Below are positions 57,824 through 64,000 of a DNA stretch of 64,000 nucleotides, in pieces. This DNA is from an uncultured virus (IMG/VR IMGVR_UViG_3300044627_004988) (Duplodnaviria; Heunggongvirae; Uroviricota; Caudoviricetes): the IMG/VR virus record IMGVR_UViG_3300044627_004988; one strand, 5' to 3'. Both the position numbers and the translations under genes were made by a program. Below the pieces are notes generated by a model. It had not been told where the DNA came from, made no database searches, and saw only the letters and a list, made by a program, of their open reading frames with translations. How positions within the stretch are numbered: position 1 is the first letter of the stretch; each line of letters starts with the position of its first letter.

Positions 57824-58033
57824 TTAGTTTATGCCTCTGCCTTTATTGCTGCTATCTAATGTATTGTTTCTGGTTTCTCTGTAAGTAATTAAAACTATTC
57901 CTCCACAGAACTTGCATGGCACTGGCTGTCCAGCCTGAGCAAATGGGCTTCTTTCCATATAGCTCATAGGTTGATCTGAATTACACTCAGAACATACGCC
58001 TATAACATCATCTGGATTATTTATATTATTCAT
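57824..58033 (-). CDS. Small zinc-ribbon protein
   Basis: CSEC...CKFC. Confidence 0.6.
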   Translation of the reverse strand: MNNINNPDDVIGVCSECNSDQPMSYMERSPFAQAGQPVPCKFCGGIVLITYRETRNNTLDSSNKGRGIN

Positions 58034-59228
58034 TTTTTTTGTCCTTTTTAGTTGATCTGTATGCGAACCTTATTGGTGAGGGGGAAGATTTTATATTTGT
58101 TTCTACAAATTTTTCTCCAACCTTAACCCATTTCTTTCTTCCTTCTAACTGGCAATCTCCACACCCAACTCCTACTGAATTTGCTCTTTCACAGGTATAT
58201 GGTCTACCGCCTATCCCAATCTCTCTTCTTCTTATCCAATCATTTATATGGGACGTAGATTTTTGTACGTTATAATCACTACAGTTACTTAGTATCTCAT
58301 GTAAAAGCTCGATAGAATCATCAGTATAAGTTAGAATCGAACAGAGGAATAATCTAGACTCATGGTCTATGTCATGTTTTTCTTTAGCTTCTTGATATAT
58401 TCTCTTTATTGCTGGGCAGTTTTTAAATAGAACATGAGGAGAAAATACTTTTGGTGAATCATCTACTTGCTTTAAGCCTTTAGACCCATGCTTGTTAAAG
58501 TAAGAAAGATAATCTTTACTTCTTTCTTTATCTGCTTCCATTTTATATGAATATTCTCTATACCATTCGTTTGACTTATAATCAAAATCTATATCTTGGT
58601 ACTCACTAGATCTAAAGTTTCTGCTAATCAAAAAGATAGCCTCTAAACCACTATCAAACTCATCCATAGTCAACAAGGTTTTATATAAACCAGTACTTTG
58701 ATGCTTAGTGCCAGGCAATCTCCACATTCTTCTGGCATCATATACACTTAAGTCTAAGCTTGTTATGTCATACGATGATCTTATGTCTGAAGCAATGAAC
58801 CTAAACAAAACATGTAGGTCATTAGACGGAGTTATACCTAAGGCTGAGCCTTCGCATTCTATATGAAAACCCTTTTTGCCAGTAAAGTATATCTTTATGG
58901 CATCTGTTGGAATTTTATTCTTTAATATGCTTACTAGCTTTACGGTTTCGCCATAAGCTATAGCTATATCTGAGTTATCTAAATCAAAATACAGATTAGA
59001 ATATCTAGTTGCCTTGTTTATGTCTTCATTATTATAAAGCCAAACGGAAGTATAAACGCCAACATTGTTGTGTTTGTCTGAATACTTTTCAACCTGGTCA
59101 AAAGGTATCACTAATGGATTGTCGCCATTTTTTTCTCTGATAACCTTAGATAAAGAATCAACGTATCTAGCTACCTCAACAAATTTCCAGTCTTTTAAAA
59201 ACTTTTTCTCATCAGTAGTTGGTCTCAC
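58026..59228 (-). CDS. Archaeo-eukaryotic primase with PriL-like C-terminal domain
   Basis: FDLD, TGKKGFH, D..VYD.RR.WRLP...H; CP.I...H..RL.L...YTC......C..C. Confidence 0.8.
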   Translation of the reverse strand: MRPTTDEKKFLKDWKFVEVARYVDSLSKVIREKNGDNPLVIPFDQVEKYSDKHNNVGVYTSVWLYNNEDINKATRYSNLYFDLDNSDIAIAYGETVKLVSILKNKIPTDAIKIYFTGKKGFHIECEGSALGITPSNDLHVLFRFIASDIRSSYDITSLDLSVYDARRMWRLPGTKHQSTGLYKTLLTMDEFDSGLEAIFLISRNFRSSEYQDIDFDYKSNEWYREYSYKMEADKERSKDYLSYFNKHGSKGLKQVDDSPKVFSPHVLFKNCPAIKRIYQEAKEKHDIDHESRLFLCSILTYTDDSIELLHEILSNCSDYNVQKSTSHINDWIRRREIGIGGRPYTCERANSVGVGCGDCQLEGRKKWVKVGEKFVETNIKSSPSPIRFAYRSTKKDKKNE

Positions 59229-59398
59229 TGTATTTTGCCTTTACCAGAATTGTTTACGAAGTTATAAATTATTGTTTTATTATTTTTGTTGTTAAGTTCA
59301 AACGAATAACTTCTATAGTAAACAGATTCTTGGATGTAGCTTTCTAAATTTGATACTAGAAAGTTTCTTTTATTTATTCTGTTAAGTAGTGGTTCCAT
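59225..59398 (-). CDS. 57-aa hypothetical protein
   Basis: TGA stop overlaps the GTG start of the primase. Confidence 0.5.
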   Translation of the reverse strand: MEPLLNRINKRNFLVSNLESYIQESVYYRSYSFELNNKNNKTIIYNFVNNSGKGKIQ

Positions 59399-60128
59399 GA
59401 TCTTTCCATCTACTCTCTATGATATCATCGCCATCCAATATGTAATGGATCTTTGAAGCTATGTTATCTGCTACGTGCACTATTTGATCTAGGTAAGTTA
59501 TTGGTACGGTTTCTGGTATAGGAGACCATGGACCAAGGTGACATCTTACGAGTCTTAGTATTGTTTGAACATCGTCTTCATTTACGTATAGCGTAGATGA
59601 ATGAATGTCACTGGCAAACTTTTTATCATCCTCTTGGCAGTATTTGACAAAATCGCCAACGGTGTAAGGATGCATCTTGTCATAAGAGAACCAACCATCT
59701 TTATCTATCTTTCCTTTTGTAACATCATGCAGTAAGCATGCTGCAAAAATCAAATCAGATTCTTCTTCACTCATGCTATGAGATTGGCAGAGCATCTTGG
59801 CTGCTCTAACCACTCTTTTTGTATGGAGAGCGTTACCGCCCTCACCATGCTCATCTGGTGGATGATACTTGCCGGAGAAGGATGATGGTATTTTCCAAAA
59901 AGAATCTGCTCTTACTAAGATTGATCTTACAAAAGATCTTAAGCCCTCGCTAGATATAAAGGAAATTTCCTTTAAAAGAGGCGCGAGTATAATGTCTTCT
60001 TCTTCTATCATCGAAACTATTTTTTCATCCTTTAAGAATGAATCTAACAAGTTGTCGTCTTTATTTTTTGCCATCTTTGTTTTCCTTATCTTTTTTCCAA
60101 TTAGACCATTTAGAGCACGGGCCATCAA
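59382..60128 (-). CDS. HD-domain phosphohydrolase (likely start at MAKNK)
   Basis: GKYHP...GG...HT, LLHD, H.GPW, VH.AD. Confidence 0.85.
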   Translation of the reverse strand: MMARALNGLIGKKIRKTKMAKNKDDNLLDSFLKDEKIVSMIEEEDIILAPLLKEISFISSEGLRSFVRSILVRADSFWKIPSSFSGKYHPPDEHGEGGNALHTKRVVRAAKMLCQSHSMSEEESDLIFAACLLHDVTKGKIDKDGWFSYDKMHPYTVGDFVKYCQEDDKKFASDIHSSTLYVNEDDVQTILRLVRCHLGPWSPIPETVPITYLDQIVHVADNIASKIHYILDGDDIIESRWKDHGTTT

Positions 60129-60864
60129 ACGGGCATCGTTTGCAGTAGTAAGTTAGACCTCTTCTTGGTACGAAGTTACTGCACGCGCTTAGCTCATCTA
60201 CCCAAAAGTTTAATGAGTCAACATCTTCCTGTACAAAATCAACGTATTCAACCTTTGGATTTGAGGACATGATATCGAAGTAACCATATCTAACATTCTT
60301 GTTTTTGCTACCCCTATTCTTTGTGTATGCATATTGCATCGACACAAAATCAACATTATACAAATGCTCATGGCTGTCCTTGTAGTTGAATACCCATTTG
60401 ACAACATTGGTGTAGCCATTTTTTATATAAATAATATCAAAGCTATCGGTTATTAACACTTGCCCTATTGGAAGATTGTAGTCCTCCGATATGCCTATCG
60501 GTACCAGCTCTGGGTCCGAAAAATAGTTATAAAATGAAAGCAAAACGCCAGCAGCCTTGGATGTAAGGCTTGCCATATTACCGTAAGCACTCTCGTGCTT
60601 GTCATTTATTATATCTTGTGCCGAAGTATCCTTAGGGAACCAAAGCTTTTCCCATCTGTTTAATACGGCAGCGTATGAAGGAGTTTGACCGCTTTGTCTT
60701 TTATACAAAAAGAAATTTATTACATTCTTTAATGTATTCTCAAATCTTTCAGTTACAACATTCCTACTAAGTATAGTTTCTGGAAGCTTTTGATTATATC
60801 TGTAGTCAAAAAGCAGGCCGCATGTTTGAAAATCTTTAATCGCCTTAGGCGTTATTTTTATCAT
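60061..60864 (-). CDS. Cas4/RecB-like fold, probably nuclease-inactive
   Basis: I...I..F..C start and CKRCPF...C end; no DxK motif. Confidence 0.6.
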   Translation of the reverse strand: MIKITPKAIKDFQTCGLLFDYRYNQKLPETILSRNVVTERFENTLKNVINFFLYKRQSGQTPSYAAVLNRWEKLWFPKDTSAQDIINDKHESAYGNMASLTSKAAGVLLSFYNYFSDPELVPIGISEDYNLPIGQVLITDSFDIIYIKNGYTNVVKWVFNYKDSHEHLYNVDFVSMQYAYTKNRGSKNKNVRYGYFDIMSSNPKVEYVDFVQEDVDSLNFWVDELSACSNFVPRRGLTYYCKRCPFDGPCSKWSNWKKDKENKDGKK

Positions 60865-62312
60865 TAAGAAAAGTCTCCACTTAATAAATCATCTAACAAA
60901 GATGAAGTAGAATATGTATCGTTGGTTACAACTTCGTAGTCCTCATAAGACTTGGTAGTATCATTATATCTTACTAGAGGTGGGTCGTATACGAATGTAG
61001 ACCCAGTTATTCTGTTTTTTGGTATCTGTAATTGCATTACATAATCCTCTTCTGACTCGTCGCCCGAAGCTAGCTTTTTATCTGTTATAAAGATAGTCAC
61101 CGCACACTTTTGTTGGATAGCAAGAGACCCACCAGTGTCAGATTGCTGGACTACTTCTCTCTTTTCTTTCATTCTATTCGAGTTTTCTTGTGCCGTTATT
61201 ATAAAAGCACAGTTCATGTCTCTAGCCAACTTCTCTAGGCGAACCATCATCTCTTCAAATTCGCCCCATCTTGGCTTACCTTTTCCGCCTCGGGTGAACA
61301 TCGATTGTATGGTATCAATTACAATTACGTCTGGCAGCTTAGCATTGTGCCCCATAATGTCTCTAAGCCATCTCTCTAGGTCCTCAAAGTATGGAGTTTC
61401 CGGATCATGTCTCACCATGAATCGGTCCCCCCACTGCTCCATCTTGTCTTTAAATGTTTTTAGGTGCTTATCTTTTTCTTGCTGAGACCACTTACCTGCT
61501 TCGGAATAAACATTTTGTCCTATAATTTGGGTCATCAGAACTCTCTCCCAGTGGGATATCGCTTCTTCGAAGTTAATGAACAACGCTGAATAACCAACCT
61601 CAACCCAATGGTTTACTAGGCACTTAGCAAACGTGCTTTTGCCCTTGCCAGAAGGGGCTATGATAGCGTGCACGGCCCCCTTAAAGAAGCCTCCCTCATC
61701 TGTATAGCCCATCGCTCTATTAAGTGACTTGAATTGAGTTGGTAAAAAATTTGGTATTACCAACAGCTCTTCTGCTCTACCAGCTATATCACTTGCTGTA
61801 GTAACATTCTCTAATGGATTATAGTTAATCTCATTTTCTAATTCTCTAATCTTGTTAGTTAAAACAGATATTCTTTCTATGTCTTCATCTGATTTGCTTG
61901 ATTTTTGTGTGATTAAAATCTGTAGCTCTTGTAGATAGTCTATCTGTTTTCTTTTATTAGCCTTGTGCTCTATGACTTTTAGTATTGACTCTGCACTCGA
62001 CAAGTCTATGTTCATTAATATGTCAAACATAGCCTGGGTGCCTACATGCCCACCTAAAGCTTCATATATTTCAGTCTCTGTTTGTAGCCAAGATCTAAAA
62101 GCTATTGGATCTACTATATCTAGCTGAGTTGCTTTATGGAAAGCCAGGATTGCGTTATAGAATTCGAAGACACCATTTTCTCCATGGTTTATTCCTACTA
62201 TCTCTGCCTTTAAGTTCTCATGAAAAAAGTTTATTGAACCAGGGTGTCTTAGGCATAGCGCAAATATCTGATATTCAATCGGATAATTGTTATTGTTTTC
62301 TTCTGTTGCCAT
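60864..62312 (-). CDS. Replicative DnaB-like (SF4) helicase
   Basis: APSGKGKS, FEE, IVIDTIQ, LARDMNCA.I..AQ, KNR. Confidence 0.88.
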   Translation of the reverse strand: MATEENNNNYPIEYQIFALCLRHPGSINFFHENLKAEIVGINHGENGVFEFYNAILAFHKATQLDIVDPIAFRSWLQTETEIYEALGGHVGTQAMFDILMNIDLSSAESILKVIEHKANKRKQIDYLQELQILITQKSSKSDEDIERISVLTNKIRELENEINYNPLENVTTASDIAGRAEELLVIPNFLPTQFKSLNRAMGYTDEGGFFKGAVHAIIAPSGKGKSTFAKCLVNHWVEVGYSALFINFEEAISHWERVLMTQIIGQNVYSEAGKWSQQEKDKHLKTFKDKMEQWGDRFMVRHDPETPYFEDLERWLRDIMGHNAKLPDVIVIDTIQSMFTRGGKGKPRWGEFEEMMVRLEKLARDMNCAFIITAQENSNRMKEKREVVQQSDTGGSLAIQQKCAVTIFITDKKLASGDESEEDYVMQLQIPKNRITGSTFVYDPPLVRYNDTTKSYEDYEVVTNDTYSTSSLLDDLLSGDFS

Positions 62313-62952
62313 TTTTTTCCTTTAGCTCTTTATATCTTTTTCTTTGGATAGTATTATATCTTTTTTTTGCGTCTTGATAGAAGCTACTTTCAGATATCTT
62401 ATTCTTGCTATATTTATTAACCTTTTCTTCTGACGGAACATAGTTTTTTATCGCTTCAAGTATTCTAGAGAATACCGCTTCTTCTGTGAGCTTGTCATTA
62501 TACCTAAAAACTAAAAGAGCTATACCCTGTTCTTGACAAAGTCTTGCTTTTTTTTCGTCTCTCTGAACAGCTTCTTCAAAATCTTCTTTTGAATTAAAGA
62601 ATCTTCCAGTATAATAAAAGTGCTGACGGCCATGATACTCTGCAGCTATCTTATACTTAGGGCAGTATATATCAAGCTTCAACCTATCGCCAATATGGTG
62701 TTCGCTCACTATGGATTCATTAGGCAATAGCTTTTGCATTATATCAGTCAAGGCTGCCTGACCTCTAGACATTTTTTTGTGTCTAGTTTTTACCCAGTTA
62801 AGCCCTAACTGATTGATCTTCTTATTTAAAGCGTTGATTGTCCAACCTAATTCCTTGGCTATTTCAGTCAAGGACATAGACGTTTCCATAAGCAAGTCTA
62901 CCATGTATTCGGTATCATCGTTGTCTTTATGCGGACTTGAACCTCTTCGCAT
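62290..62952 (-). CDS. HTH plus Vsr/DUF559-like endonuclease
   Basis: SLTEIAKELG; LDIY...AEYHG.QH...RD..K...C...GI.L. Confidence 0.7.
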   Translation of the reverse strand: MRRGSSPHKDNDDTEYMVDLLMETSMSLTEIAKELGWTINALNKKINQLGLNWVKTRHKKMSRGQAALTDIMQKLLPNESIVSEHHIGDRLKLDIYCPKYKIAAEYHGRQHFYYTGRFFNSKEDFEEAVQRDEKKARLCQEQGIALLVFRYNDKLTEEAVFSRILEAIKNYVPSEEKVNKYSKNKISESSFYQDAKKRYNTIQRKRYKELKEKNGNRRKQ

Positions 62953-62957
62953 AAGGA

Positions 62958-63617
62958 CTACTTGCTAGCTATGGTAAATACTTTTCCAAAGTCTAATATA
63001 GACATGTTTGAATTTTCCCAAATTTTAGGAGCTAACGCGGACGCTAGAACTGGGCAGTCGAGAATGCAGTAGTCTATATTTTCATGAGCTATTATAGATT
63101 CATAAATTGAGTCTAGCTTATCATAAAAGTCATTGTATGGAACCTGCAAGTAATGCTTAGGTGATCCTATGACTTTTTGTATAGTCTTTTTCTCATGAAA
63201 AGAAACTACTAGTGTTGAACTATATTTAATGTAATGCTCAACAAATGAATCAAAAATATCTTTTTTAGAAACATAATAATATTCTAACATCCCTGCATCA
63301 TATATCTTTTCGTTATCAAGACTCTTGATCTCGCTCACGGAAAAACCAGACCCTTGGCCAATCATATGAGTAGGGATAGCTTTCATATAGTTGCTGTTCT
63401 TTACTTCTAAAGCATTGACTATCGACTTTACAAAAGGCTTAGGAGGTCTTTTTTCTGATGGTATCTTTCCGGTTGCAGCAAGCAGTGCTGATCTAGAAAA
63501 GTTAACAAAAGCAAAGCGCTCTTTTCTTGACATTTTATAAGTCAATTCTTTTATTGTTTCTTTGCTATTTATGATTGTCATTTTAGGTTTACCTCTTTGT
63601 TTCCAAAAATACCCCAA
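62958..63617 (-). CDS. Hypothetical protein (weakly glycosyltransferase-like)
   Basis: About 207-219 aa; ILD.G near C-terminus; next to a GT-like gene. Confidence 0.5.
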   Translation of the reverse strand: MGYFWKQRGKPKMTIINSKETIKELTYKMSRKERFAFVNFSRSALLAATGKIPSEKRPPKPFVKSIVNALEVKNSNYMKAIPTHMIGQGSGFSVSEIKSLDNEKIYDAGMLEYYYVSKKDIFDSFVEHYIKYSSTLVVSFHEKKTIQKVIGSPKHYLQVPYNDFYDKLDSIYESIIAHENIDYCILDCPVLASALAPKIWENSNMSILDFGKVFTIASK

Positions 63618-64000
63618 TTAATTAAAGTTGGGTTATTATCCAATATTGATTGTAAGTGTATTATGTTATGAAACTCACCCTTATCAAGGGTCATGTAACG
63701 CTCGTGCTTTGATACTCTATCTTCTAGTCTTGCATAACCTAAGTGCTGCATTACGAATGGGTTCTCGTACCAAAAATTACCACGTCTTACCCATTCATCT
63801 ACGTAGGTTGGTTCAGATCCGCAAGCTAATCTTTTATCTTTATAGACTCCATTAGTTGCATACCTAAAAATTCTAGTAGTGTTATGTGGGGCCCACATCT
63901 TGTCTACTCTGTAACAATTTTCATCCCACATTTCGCATCTTCTAACATTGACTACATCGAATGGAGACTTATCTAGTGTGTCTTTTATGGACTCATTATC
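63578..64000 (-). CDS. Glycosyltransferase-like protein, 5' end outside the window
   Basis: Frame open to window edge; MW....RVD..W.P....R.FR...HLGY. Confidence 0.5.
   Translation of the reverse strand, partial: DNESIKDTLDKSPFDVVNVRRCEMWDENCYRVDKMWAPHNTTRIFRYATNGVYKDKRLACGSEPTYVDEWVRRGNFWYENPFVMQHLGYARLEDRVSKHERYMTLDKGEFHNIIHLQSILDNNPTLINWGIFGNKEVNLK

Noticed and set aside
59225..59398. Suspected additional frameshift upstream of the primase
   Set aside because: Re-reading shows an intact 57-aa ORF whose TGA overlaps the primase GTG.

Overview
AT-rich, densely coding fragment that looks like part of a large (jumbo-type) dsDNA phage genome. No capsid or terminase gene is recognisable here, so phage status is inferred from gene content. 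The host is probably actinobacterial (DesA-type acyl-ACP desaturase, actinobacterial-like P450, several apparently leaderless genes). Genes run mostly on + from 1 to 32.55 kb and mostly on - from 32.56 to 64 kb. The main result is an apparent ubiquitin-like conjugation and proteolysis system: a contiguous E2-like / JAB peptidase / E1 (ThiF) / ubiquitin-like protein (ending KG-SL) / AAA+ ATPase run at 1.06-7.39 kb, two more E2-like paralogs at 10.3-12.8 kb, a Thr1 proteasome-beta/HslV-like protease at 17.3 kb, and a small unannotated UBA-like ORF at 52.7 kb. Also present: a lipid-tailoring cluster (ACP, FabF, desaturase, P450, seven 2OG-Fe(II) oxygenases), sugar-nucleotide and glycosyltransferase genes, an M15 endolysin, a Thr-rich surface protein, two tRNAs, a frameshifted sigma factor, and a DnaE / AEP primase / DnaB replication module. 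About five apparent +1 frameshifts may be sequencing errors. All family calls come from reading motifs by eye; no database search was run.
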